From contig OY762897.2 of NCBI GenBank assembly GCA_963666515.2, forward strand, positions 2,016,001 through 2,080,000: a stretch of 64,000 nucleotides of DNA, in the 5' to 3' direction. Below are positions 1-8,266 of this stretch, piece after piece (the stretch's first letter is position 1; each line of letters opens with the position of its first letter). The stretch comes from Candidatus Binatia bacterium (GTDB lineage: Bacteria; Desulfobacterota; Binatia; UBA9968; JAJDTQ01). The notes beneath the pieces were generated by a model, which saw only the letters and a program-made list of their open reading frames with translations, was not told the DNA's origin and did not search any database. The position numbers and the translations under genes were made by a program.

Positions 1-630
1 GCCGCCGGCACCTGCACCGACATGACCTATCTGCCGGGCGGCAACCTGCCCTTCTGCTCCGTCACCGGCGACTGGACCGGCCGGGCCGTCGGAGCGGCCG
101 TGGGATCGGCAGAGCCGCCGCAACCCCCAGCGGAACAGGTCGAGCGCGTCACCGCGGCGATCCTCGAGCCGCTCCAGCGCCGGAAAGGCGTCGAGTTCGG
201 GCCGGTCCACCGCCGGCTCGGCGAACTCCTGATGGAGAAGGTCGGTCTCGTGCTCCACGCCGACCGCCTCGACGCGGCCCTCAGCGAACTCCGCGACATC
301 CGCGAGCACGAAGTGCCCCGGCTCACGGCGCGGAACCCCCACGAGCTGGCCAAGGTATGGGGCCTCACTCAGTACGTGCAGGTGCTTGAGGCGACGTTGC
401 GCGCCTACCGCTACCGGACCGAAAGCCGGGTCGCGTTCATCCGGGAAGACTATCCCGTCATCGACAACGTGAACTGGGTCAAGATGGTGGTGGCGAAGCA
501 GGAGAACGGCGCGCTCACGCTCTGGGACGAACCGATACCCGAGTCCTGGCACGACCCTCATCCGGTGCGGCCGACGCAGAACCTGCATCTCGTGTTCCGC
601 AACCAGGAGGCCGACCGTGCCGCTCGTTGA
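1..630 (+). CDS. FAD-dependent oxidoreductase, SdhA/FrdA/AprA/NadB-type flavoprotein, C-terminal part (5' truncated by window edge)
   Basis: C-terminal YRTESRVAFIREDYPVIDNVNW resembles the RxESRGxxxRxDYP motif of the family; frame is open from base 1; followed by a ferredoxin. Confidence 0.75.
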   Translation, partial: AAGTCTDMTYLPGGNLPFCSVTGDWTGRAVGAAVGSAEPPQPPAEQVERVTAAILEPLQRRKGVEFGPVHRRLGELLMEKVGLVLHADRLDAALSELRDIREHEVPRLTARNPHELAKVWGLTQYVQVLEATLRAYRYRTESRVAFIREDYPVIDNVNWVKMVVAKQENGALTLWDEPIPESWHDPHPVRPTQNLHLVFRNQEADRAAR

Positions 631-835
631 GGTGAACGGGAAGGCGTGCACCGGCTGCGGCGTGTGCGTCGAGACGTGCCCCACCGACGTGCTGCGCCTG
701 GACGCGCACCAGAAGGCCTTCATGGCTTTCCCCGATGACTGCCAAGGATGCTTCGTGTGCCAGTGGGATTGCGCCTACGGGGCCGTCCGCGTGCACGTCA
801 ACGACCCGGCCGCGTCTACGCCAGACTCCCCCTGA
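617..835 (+). CDS. 2x[4Fe-4S] ferredoxin (AprB-like partner subunit)
   Basis: CTGCGVCVETCP and CQGCFVCQWDC motifs; AGGAGG SD before GTG; overlaps upstream flavoprotein gene. Confidence 0.9.
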   Translation: MPLVEVNGKACTGCGVCVETCPTDVLRLDAHQKAFMAFPDDCQGCFVCQWDCAYGAVRVHVNDPAASTPDSP

Positions 836-2414
836 GCGCCCGCTTGTCCACCTTGTCGCCCGACGCGACCTTCGGGAAAACGTCCATCAGCACCAAGCGG
901 TCGGGTCGCTTGAAAGGGGCCAGCCCCTGGTCCCGCAGGAACTCCGTCACTTCCTCCAAAGTCAGCGAGGCCCCGCCCTCGGGAACGACGCAGGCGGCGA
1001 TGCGCTCGCCCATCTCCGGGTCGGCATAGCCCACCACCGCGGCCTCCCGCACCTTGGGATGGCGCACCAGCAGGTTCTCCAGGTCCGGCGGGAAGATGTT
1101 CTGGCCGCCGCGAATGATCAGATCCTGATCCCTGCCCATGAGATAGATGTTGCCGTGCTCGTCCATCCGGCCCCATTCCTCCAGGTCCAGAAAGCCGTCG
1201 GTGCGCCGGCGCCGATTGAGGTCCGGGTTGTCCAGGAAACGCGCGTCCGAAGGCAGCCCCCGGACCCACAGGCGGCCGGTCTTGCCCCGGGGCGCCTCGT
1301 TGCCGTCCCCGTCCATGATGCGTATCTCGTTGCCCTCCAGCGGCCTTCCCACGGCGCCGATGCGGACTTCGGGCGGGTCGTCCCAGGAGGTGGCGCACAA
1401 ACCGCCGCAATCCACGCTGCCGTAGCCCTGCATGATGCGGCAGCCGAGCCGCGCTTCCGCTGCGTGACCCAGGTCGTGGGGCAGTGACGAGCCGTGGCTC
1501 ACGATGATGCGTAGCGAGCCGAGGTCATGGTCATCGAGGTCATCGAGGGCCAGCAACCGGGAGATCATGGTGGGGACCATGGGAAGGACATTCACCCGCT
1601 CCCGGGCCACGGTCTCGCAGGTGAGCCGCGGCTCGAAGCGGTCCACGAGCACCACCCGCGCGCCCGCCTGGCAGACGCCGTTGTAGACCAGCCCGTCCGC
1701 CACCCCGGAGATGATGGCGGTAACCGCGCAAAGGGTGTCGTCGGCCCCGACCCGGAAGCGCTGGAGGTGCATCCAGGCGGTAAGGAGCCGCGTGTAGAGG
1801 GGCACCGCCGCGCACTTGGGAACGCCGGTGGAGCCGCTGGTGGTGGCGAGCTGGCAGATGTCCTCGACGCCGTAACGGGTGGCAGACAGGCGCTGGCGGC
1901 GTTCCTCGGAAACGGAGGCTGAGAAGACTTCCTCCAGGGGAAGGCAGCCCGCCGGGACCTCGTCCCATGCCGCCAGCACATGACGCAGTTCGGGCACCCG
2001 GACCTGCTCCAGCAGCTCCAGGTGGCGGAACCCGCGACAGGCGGCCGGCATGATCACGGCCTCGGGACGGGTGAAGCGGACGATGGGTTCAAGCTCGGCC
2101 CGACGCAGGCTCGGAGCCACGGTCACGAGCCGAAGCCCCGCCTTCTCGCACGCCAGCCGCGCCAGGAAGAGTTCCGCGGAGTTGGGCATCTGGATGAGCA
2201 CACGGCCGTCGCGCTCCAGGCCCAGGTCCAGCAGCCCCAAGGCGAGGGCGTCCGAAAGCTCGCCCATCTGCGCCCAGGTGAGACGCCGCCGGCCGTCCAC
2301 CAGCGCCTCCTTCCCCCCGACCCGGCGCGCGTTGTCGTCGCAGAAATCCGCCGCCGTCTTGAGCGGCATGTAGCGCGCGACCGCGTCCCGCAGGGTTGTG
2401 CTTTGGTCCGGCAT
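816..2414 (-). CDS. AMP-binding enzyme (acyl/aryl-CoA ligase family)
   Basis: TTSGSTGVPK P-loop, QGYGS, GRxxDLIIRGGQNIFP, SGDKVDK motifs; start chosen at MPDQSTT. Confidence 0.9.
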   Translation of the reverse strand: MPDQSTTLRDAVARYMPLKTAADFCDDNARRVGGKEALVDGRRRLTWAQMGELSDALALGLLDLGLERDGRVLIQMPNSAELFLARLACEKAGLRLVTVAPSLRRAELEPIVRFTRPEAVIMPAACRGFRHLELLEQVRVPELRHVLAAWDEVPAGCLPLEEVFSASVSEERRQRLSATRYGVEDICQLATTSGSTGVPKCAAVPLYTRLLTAWMHLQRFRVGADDTLCAVTAIISGVADGLVYNGVCQAGARVVLVDRFEPRLTCETVARERVNVLPMVPTMISRLLALDDLDDHDLGSLRIIVSHGSSLPHDLGHAAEARLGCRIMQGYGSVDCGGLCATSWDDPPEVRIGAVGRPLEGNEIRIMDGDGNEAPRGKTGRLWVRGLPSDARFLDNPDLNRRRRTDGFLDLEEWGRMDEHGNIYLMGRDQDLIIRGGQNIFPPDLENLLVRHPKVREAAVVGYADPEMGERIAACVVPEGGASLTLEEVTEFLRDQGLAPFKRPDRLVLMDVFPKVASGDKVDKRALRGSLA

Positions 2415-2578
2415 TGATTGCGCTCCAGCCGTGCGGCCCATCGCCGCCGGCGACCTCGCACGGTCTTTCTACTCCACCCCCCTGCGGCACATCAAACAGG
2501 CGCCAATCCGCTACACTGGATTCCCGCTTCCCAAGCTGTGCCAAAACTCCGTCCTGCGTGCGGAAAGGCGACAACACT

Positions 2579-2688
2579 CGAATCGTCATTCCGGCGAAAG
2601 CCGGAATCCAGGGGTGGGGTGGGACCGACGGCAGTGATTCCCCGCCCCCACCCACCTGGATTCCGGCTTTCGCCGGAATGACGATTCG
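2579..2688. repeat. Inverted pair of REP-like palindromes (family A, GTCATTCCGGCGAAAGCCGGAATCCAG)
   Basis: CGAATCGTCATTCCGGCGAAAGCCGGAATCCAGG ... CCTGGATTCCGGCTTTCGCCGGAATGACGATTCG form a long stem; partial third copy at ~2731-2750. Confidence 0.9.
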
Positions 2689-2830
2689 GGCGTGGCACCA
2701 TGTCCGTAACCACGGAGAGTTTGACACAGCCGCTTCCGCGGGAATGACGGTTCTTGCGAATGACGGTTGCTGCGTTTCATAGTAGGTTCTTGCGAACTCT
2801 CGGCAGCGAGCAACGGAGGGAGCGGACAGC

Positions 2831-3919
2831 ATGGTGATGATCATCAACGAAGATGAAGGCAAGGAACTGCTCACCATGGGTGAGTGCATCGACCTCATGG
2901 AGGACGTGTTCCGCGAGATCGGGCGGGGCAACGGGGTCAACCGGCCCCGGCTGCGCTACTCCTGCCCGACGCCCGACCCTAAGGCCAAGTACTTCGCCAA
3001 CATCCACGCCGGGGCGCTGCCCAAGTACGGGGTGGCGGCGTTGCGGCTGAACTCGCGGCTCGCGGAGGAGAAGGACGACGAGACCCGGCGCGTGGAGTTC
3101 CAGCACCCCACCAGGCGCTACTGGGGCCATTTCCTGGTTTACAGCCTGGAGACAGCGGAACTGCTGGGCATCATCGTCGACGGCACCATCTCGCCCTTGC
3201 GCGTAGGCGCCACCAGCGGCGCCGCGGTGCGCCTGCTGGCCCGACCGGACTCGCGGGTAGCGGGCCTCTTCGGCACGGGCCACCAAGCGGAGCTGCACGC
3301 CCGGGCGCTGGTGGACGCGCTGCCGCTGCAACGCATGAAGGTGTACAGCCCTTCACGCGCGCACCGGGAGGAGTTCTGCGCGCGATTCGGCGACGAGCTG
3401 GGGATCCCGGTGACCGCCGCGGCGGAACCGGGGGACGTGGTGAAGGGCTCGGACGTGATCTGCTGCGCCACCAACTCGTCGGGGCCGGTGTTCGACGGAA
3501 AGGACCTGGAGCCGGGCCAGACGGTGGTGTCTATCGTCAACAGCGACGTGGTGTTCGAACGCCACGAGGTGGACCGGGAGACGTTCCGGCGCAGCGACCT
3601 GATCGTGGTCAACGACCGCGAGAGCGTTCACGCCAACCGCCAGAAGGAACTGCTGGACCCCATCGACGCGGGCGAAACCTCCTGGGACCGGGTGGCGGAA
3701 CTGGGCGAAGTGGTGAACGGGACCGCACCCGGCCGCCGGGATCCGTCGGACATCATCTACTACAAGAACAACTCCGGCATGGCGATCCAGTTCGCCGCCA
3801 TGGGCAAGGCCGTGCTGGACAAGGCCCGCGAGACGGGCACCGGCAGGGAGCTTCCGGGCGAGTGGTTCTCCGCGGACCTGGAGCCCTGGTTCGCCAGGGG
3901 CTACTCGCCGGCGTCGTAG
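2831..3919 (+). CDS. Ornithine cyclodeaminase / mu-crystallin family protein
   Basis: LRVGATSG, GLFGTGHQA Rossmann motif, CCATNS, YKNNSGMAIQ. Confidence 0.88.
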   Translation: MVMIINEDEGKELLTMGECIDLMEDVFREIGRGNGVNRPRLRYSCPTPDPKAKYFANIHAGALPKYGVAALRLNSRLAEEKDDETRRVEFQHPTRRYWGHFLVYSLETAELLGIIVDGTISPLRVGATSGAAVRLLARPDSRVAGLFGTGHQAELHARALVDALPLQRMKVYSPSRAHREEFCARFGDELGIPVTAAAEPGDVVKGSDVICCATNSSGPVFDGKDLEPGQTVVSIVNSDVVFERHEVDRETFRRSDLIVVNDRESVHANRQKELLDPIDAGETSWDRVAELGEVVNGTAPGRRDPSDIIYYKNNSGMAIQFAAMGKAVLDKARETGTGRELPGEWFSADLEPWFARGYSPAS

Positions 3920-3933
3920 GGGACACCCGCGCA

Positions 3934-5022
3934 ATGACCGAGACCGAGCGTGCCGGACTGGCCCAACGGATCAAGGCGTGGGGCCGGGAGCTGGGCTTCC
4001 AGCAGGTGGGTATCGCAGGCGTGGACTTGGCCGAGGACGAGGCGCTGCTGGAGCGCTGGCTGGCTGAGGGGCGCCACGGCGAGATGGCCTACATGGAGCG
4101 GCACGGTTCCCGGCGCGCGCGCCCGGCCGAGATTGTGCCGGGGACCGTCCGGGTGATCTCGGCCCGCATGGACTACCTCCCGGAGCCGGGAGCGGACCCG
4201 TGGCGAGTGCTCGACGATCCGCACCTTGGCTACGTATCCCGCTACGCCCTGGGCCGGGACTACCACAAGTTGTTGCGCAAGCGGCTTCAGGCGCTGGCGG
4301 ACCAGATCGCCGCCTCCGCCGGCCCCTTCGGCTACCGGGTGTTCACCGACAGCGCGCCGGTGCTGGAGAAGCCGCTGGCGCGCAACGCCGGGCTGGGCTG
4401 GATCGGCAAGCACACCAACCTCATCAACACCGGCGCCGGTTCGTGGTTCTTCCTGGGCGAGATCTATACCGACCTCACACTGCCGGTGGACACCGCCGCG
4501 GAAGACCGCTGCGGCGCCTGCCGCGCCTGCATCGACGTCTGCCCCACCGGGGCCATCACCGGCCCCTACCGGCTGGATGCGCGCCGGTGCATCTCCTACC
4601 TCACCATCGAGCTGCGCGGGTCCATCCCGGTGGAGCTTCGGCCGCTCATGGGCAACCGCATCTACGGCTGCGACGACTGCCAGCTCGTCTGCCCCTGGAA
4701 CCGCTATGCCCGCCCGACGCGCGAGTCCGGCTTCCTGCCCCGCCACGGCCTGGACGCCCCGGCGCTGCTGGAGCTGTTCCGCTGGAGCGAGGAGGACTTC
4801 CTGCGCATGATGAGCGGAAGCGCCATCCGCCGCATCGGCCATGCCTGCTGGCTGCGGAACGTCGCCGTGGCGCTGGGCAACGCACCCTACGATCCTCTCA
4901 TCGTCCGGGGTTTGCGGCAGCGGAGCGACGACCCCTCACCGCTGGTGCGGGAGCACGTGGCGTGGGCGCTGGAGCAGCAGGACCGCAAGCGGACGGATTC
5001 CCGGAACGCGCCGCCATCGTGA
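3934..5022 (+). CDS. queG: tRNA epoxyqueuosine(34) reductase
   Basis: SRYALGRDYHK, DSAPVLEK, GLGWIGKH, CGACRACIDVCPT, RCISYLTIE, YGCDDCQLVCPWN. Confidence 0.97.
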   Translation: MTETERAGLAQRIKAWGRELGFQQVGIAGVDLAEDEALLERWLAEGRHGEMAYMERHGSRRARPAEIVPGTVRVISARMDYLPEPGADPWRVLDDPHLGYVSRYALGRDYHKLLRKRLQALADQIAASAGPFGYRVFTDSAPVLEKPLARNAGLGWIGKHTNLINTGAGSWFFLGEIYTDLTLPVDTAAEDRCGACRACIDVCPTGAITGPYRLDARRCISYLTIELRGSIPVELRPLMGNRIYGCDDCQLVCPWNRYARPTRESGFLPRHGLDAPALLELFRWSEEDFLRMMSGSAIRRIGHACWLRNVAVALGNAPYDPLIVRGLRQRSDDPSPLVREHVAWALEQQDRKRTDSRNAPPS

Positions 5023-5072
5023 ACGCGCGGCGGCGACCTGTGAGGACGGTTTCGAGCCCGCCGCGCCGATCC

Positions 5073-5888
5073 CTATCGACTCATCGGCTCCATGAGGCTG
5101 GGCACCTGGAAGACCTGTCCGTCGTCGAGCCTCAACGCGGTCAGCGAACCGCCCCACACGCAGCCGCTGTCCAGGCACACCGTGCCGTTCTCGCGGTGGA
5201 ATCCCAGGGTCGCCCAGTGCCCGTAGAGAACCGTCTCTCCGGCGTCCTGGCGGCGCAACGTGAACCACGGGCTGTAGCCGGCGGGCGCGTCCGCCGGCAC
5301 TCCCGAGAACGACAGCGCCATGCGGCCGTCGGCCGTGCAGCACCGGAGCCGCGTGAACACGCCCAGGATACAGCTCCAGCGGTCCGGCCCGTTCAGATCT
5401 TCGGACCACGCCTCTACCGAGCGGCCCATCTGGATCTGCAGAAACTCCCGGTAGTCGGCGGCGCGCAACCGCGATTCGACCTCCCCCGCCAACCGGACGG
5501 CCTCCGCGGTGGACCACCGGGGCAACAGGCCGGCGTGGGAGAGGACATAGCCGTCCTCGCAATGGATCAGCGGAAGACGGCGCAGCCAGTCGACCAGTTC
5601 ATCGCGGTCAGCGGCGGCCAGAATCTCGGCCAGGGTGTCCAGGCGCTTGGTGGGGGAAACGCCTTCAGCGCGGCAGATCAGGTGAAGGTCGTGGTTGCCG
5701 AGGACCGTGACTCCGGCCGAGCCGAGCCCCTTGACGAAGCGGAGCACGGAAAGCGAGTCGGGGCCGCGGTTCACGAGGTCGCCGGCGAACCAGAGCCGGT
5801 CCGCGGCCGGATCGAAGCCGGCCATGTCCAGCAACCGCCGCAGAGCGTCGTAGCAGCCCTGCACGTCGCCGATGGCGTACGTGGCCAT
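5073..5888 (-). CDS. apaH: Symmetrical bis(5'-nucleosyl)-tetraphosphatase
   Basis: MATYAIGDVQGC, GDLVNRGPDSL, LGNHDLHL, HAG, GHWA, LDSGCVWGGSLTALRL. Confidence 0.95.
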   Translation of the reverse strand: MATYAIGDVQGCYDALRRLLDMAGFDPAADRLWFAGDLVNRGPDSLSVLRFVKGLGSAGVTVLGNHDLHLICRAEGVSPTKRLDTLAEILAAADRDELVDWLRRLPLIHCEDGYVLSHAGLLPRWSTAEAVRLAGEVESRLRAADYREFLQIQMGRSVEAWSEDLNGPDRWSCILGVFTRLRCCTADGRMALSFSGVPADAPAGYSPWFTLRRQDAGETVLYGHWATLGFHRENGTVCLDSGCVWGGSLTALRLDDGQVFQVPSLMEPMSR

Positions 5889-5895
5889 GAGCCCG

Positions 5896-6291
5896 CTAGC
5901 CGGACCCGCCGAGGCTCAACGGTCCGCTGCCCCGGCACGCGATGTACAGGAACACGAAACAGAAGATCACGGCCAGCTCCCCGCCGTTCTCGATGGGCCA
6001 GAAACCCCCACCGGCGTGCGCCATGAAGTAGGCTGCGGCCATCTGGCCGCTGCAGACGAACGCCGCGAGGCGCGCCAGGAGCCCGGCCGCCACCAGCAGA
6101 CCACCGCCCAACTCGACCGCGCCCGCGATCCCCATGAGCGAGAGCATCTCCACCGACCCGCCGCTGCCATCGGCGCCGCCGAACAGACCGAACAGCTTCT
6201 GCGCGCCGTGCTGCGCGAACGCGAGTCCGACGACGATTCGCATGAGCGCGTAGGCGTAACGCGAGGCCCCGCGAGAAAAACCTTCCGACAT
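5896..6291 (-). CDS. DoxX family membrane protein
   Basis: RIVVGLAFAQHGAQKLFG, E-xx-GG, MAAAYFMAH, NGGELA. Confidence 0.9.
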   Translation of the reverse strand: MSEGFSRGASRYAYALMRIVVGLAFAQHGAQKLFGLFGGADGSGGSVEMLSLMGIAGAVELGGGLLVAAGLLARLAAFVCSGQMAAAYFMAHAGGGFWPIENGGELAVIFCFVFLYIACRGSGPLSLGGSG

Positions 6292-6321
6292 TGCGTTTCC
6301 CTCCCTCGTTCCGTCGTTGCA

Positions 6322-6927
6322 TCAGCGGCCCGGATGAACGACGGCGCGATGTCTGAAGCACGGCACCAAGTGGTCGTTCACCATCCCCACCGCTTGCATG
6401 AAAGCATAGCAGATGGTCGGCCCGACGAAACGGAACCCGCGGCGCGCGAGGTCGCGGCTCATGGCTTCCGACTCCGGCGTGCGCGCCGGGACATCCTCTT
6501 GGGCGCGCCAGCCGTTGACCCGCGGACACCCGTCCACGAACTGCCAGATGTAGCGGTCGAACGTTCCGTGCTCCCCCCGGACCCGAACGAACGCCTGGGC
6601 GTTGGTGACGGCCGCGGCGATCTTGAGCCGATTACGGACGAGGCCGGCGTCCTCCAGCAACTCGCGCCGCTTCCGTTCGTCGTAGCGGGCCACGACGTCG
6701 GGGTCGAAGCCGCTGAAGGCGCGGCGGTAGCCATTGCGCTTCCTGAGGATGGTTTCCCAGCTCAGTCCCGCCTGCGCGCCCTCGAGGATCAGGAACTCGA
6801 AGAGTACCCGGTCGTCGTGGCACGGAACGCCCCACTCGGTGTCGTGATAGGCCGTGGACAGCTCCGTCGTGGCCCAACCGCAGCGCACGAGCAAGTCTTC
6901 CGGCAAATTTCCGGACACGGTAGTCAC
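6322..6927 (-). CDS. tag: DNA-3-methyladenine glycosylase I
   Basis: RCGWA, YHDTEWG, LFEFLILEGAQAGLSWETILRKR, GFRFVGPTICYAFMQAVGMVNDH. Confidence 0.95.
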   Translation of the reverse strand: MTTVSGNLPEDLLVRCGWATTELSTAYHDTEWGVPCHDDRVLFEFLILEGAQAGLSWETILRKRNGYRRAFSGFDPDVVARYDERKRRELLEDAGLVRNRLKIAAAVTNAQAFVRVRGEHGTFDRYIWQFVDGCPRVNGWRAQEDVPARTPESEAMSRDLARRGFRFVGPTICYAFMQAVGMVNDHLVPCFRHRAVVHPGR

Positions 6928-6967
6928 TCGGAACCGTCCGACCCCGGAGCCGGCAACCCTGGTCTCC

Positions 6968-7363
6968 CTACGAGTGCGATTCGAGATAGGTGATCATGGA
7001 GATCACCGCACCTTGAGGATCCTTGATGACGCAGAAACGCCCCACCTCCGGGATATCCGTCAACGGCACGACCACATCGCCCCCAAGCTCCCGCGCCCTC
7101 GCGGCCGCCGCATCCACGTCGTCCACGGTCACGTAGGTTCCCCATGAGGGGGGCATTCCCTGGGCTTGGGGCGGCACCGCCATGATGCCGCCGACCTCCG
7201 TTCCGTCCACCTTCACGAGATTGTATTGCACGCCCTCGTGGAACGCGTCGGTGACCGGCTCGATGTTCCATCCGAAAAGCTCCGAATAAAAATTCTTGGC
7301 GGCCTCGACGTCGGTGGTCAGAAGCTCGCACCAACTGAAAGCACCCTGCCGGAAAGCATCCAT
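6968..7363 (-). CDS. VOC/glyoxalase family protein
   Basis: FSWCELLTTDVEAAKNFYSELFGW, WGTYVTVDDVD, GRFCVIKDPQGA. Confidence 0.9.
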   Translation of the reverse strand: MDAFRQGAFSWCELLTTDVEAAKNFYSELFGWNIEPVTDAFHEGVQYNLVKVDGTEVGGIMAVPPQAQGMPPSWGTYVTVDDVDAAAARARELGGDVVVPLTDIPEVGRFCVIKDPQGAVISMITYLESHS

Positions 7364-7393
7364 TCAATTCCCCTCCCTGTTGGAATGCCTGGA

Positions 7394-7423
7394 AATCTAA
7401 GGCGCGCTCTGGCCCGCTGTCAA
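7394..7423 (-). promoter_or_regulatory. Putative sigma70 promoter for the VOC-tag-doxX-apaH run
   Basis: Minus strand TTGACA (7423-7418), 18 nt spacer, TAGATT (7399-7394). Confidence 0.5.
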
Positions 7424-7510
7424 ACCTTCCGGGGTTGGCAACCTCCCCTTGAAGCGGCTATTTCTTGGAATGACCTTCTTTCGGGTCGCAAACCTGCCGG
7501 AGGTGTTCCC

Positions 7511-8239
7511 ATGCTGAAACTCTACCACTGGTGGAGCTCCACCTGCTCGCGCCGCGTCAGGATCGCCTTGGCGGCGAAGCAGCTCTCCTGGGAGAGCGTC
7601 TACGTCAACCTGTCGAAGTTCGAGAACCTGGAACCCTGGTACGTCGAGCTGAACCCCAACGGCGTGGTGCCCACGCTGATCCACGACGAACGGATCATCA
7701 TCGAGTCCAACTTCATCCTGGAGTACCTGGACGACGTCTGGCCGGAAGTGCCGCTACGGCCGGACGACCCTTACGAGCGGGCGCGCATGCGCATCTGGAT
7801 GGACCGCTTCGAGCACGAGTTGCACCGCAACGTCAACATCATCTCGTTCATCAAACAGGGCCGCATCAAGCGCTACGAGCACCTGTCCGAGGAGGAGCGC
7901 GAGGCCGCGGTCATGCAGCAGCCCACCGAGCCGAAACGGGCGCTCCTGCGGGACCGGCTCAGGAACGGCATCTCCGAGGAGCAGATGGCCTATGCGGAGG
8001 CACGGCTGGCCGAGATCCTGGACGAGGTGGAGGAGACCCTGCAGGACCGTCCCTGGCTCAACGGCGACCGCATGTCCCTGGCGGACTGCTCCATCGCCCC
8101 CTTCATCGAGCGCTTCGAGTCGAACAAGCTGGAACGGCTGGTGGACTGGGACGCGCGGCCGGCCGTGGGCGCATGGTGGGCGCGGATGCAGGCCACGGAG
8201 GCCTTCCGCACGGCCTACTCCTTCAAGGCGCCTCCGTAG
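7511..8239 (+). CDS. Glutathione S-transferase family protein
   Basis: MLKLYHWWSSTCSRRVR, LNPNGVVPTL, ESNFILEYLDD, SLADCS; GGAGG SD. Confidence 0.92.
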   Translation: MLKLYHWWSSTCSRRVRIALAAKQLSWESVYVNLSKFENLEPWYVELNPNGVVPTLIHDERIIIESNFILEYLDDVWPEVPLRPDDPYERARMRIWMDRFEHELHRNVNIISFIKQGRIKRYEHLSEEEREAAVMQQPTEPKRALLRDRLRNGISEEQMAYAEARLAEILDEVEETLQDRPWLNGDRMSLADCSIAPFIERFESNKLERLVDWDARPAVGAWWARMQATEAFRTAYSFKAPP

Positions 8240-8259
8240 GGGCGACCCGCCGGTCGCCC
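8236..8259 (+). repeat. GTAG-type REP palindrome (family B)
   Basis: GTAGGGGCGACCCGCCGGTCGCCC; its TAG is the stop codon of the GST gene. Confidence 0.85.
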
Positions 8260-8266
8260 GGGGGTC

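Noticed and set aside
2089-2940. ORFs spanning the 2.5-2.8 kb intergenic region (VIPAKAGIQ / WIPAFAGMT peptides)
   Set aside because: These peptides are translations of the family A palindromic repeat, not a real protein
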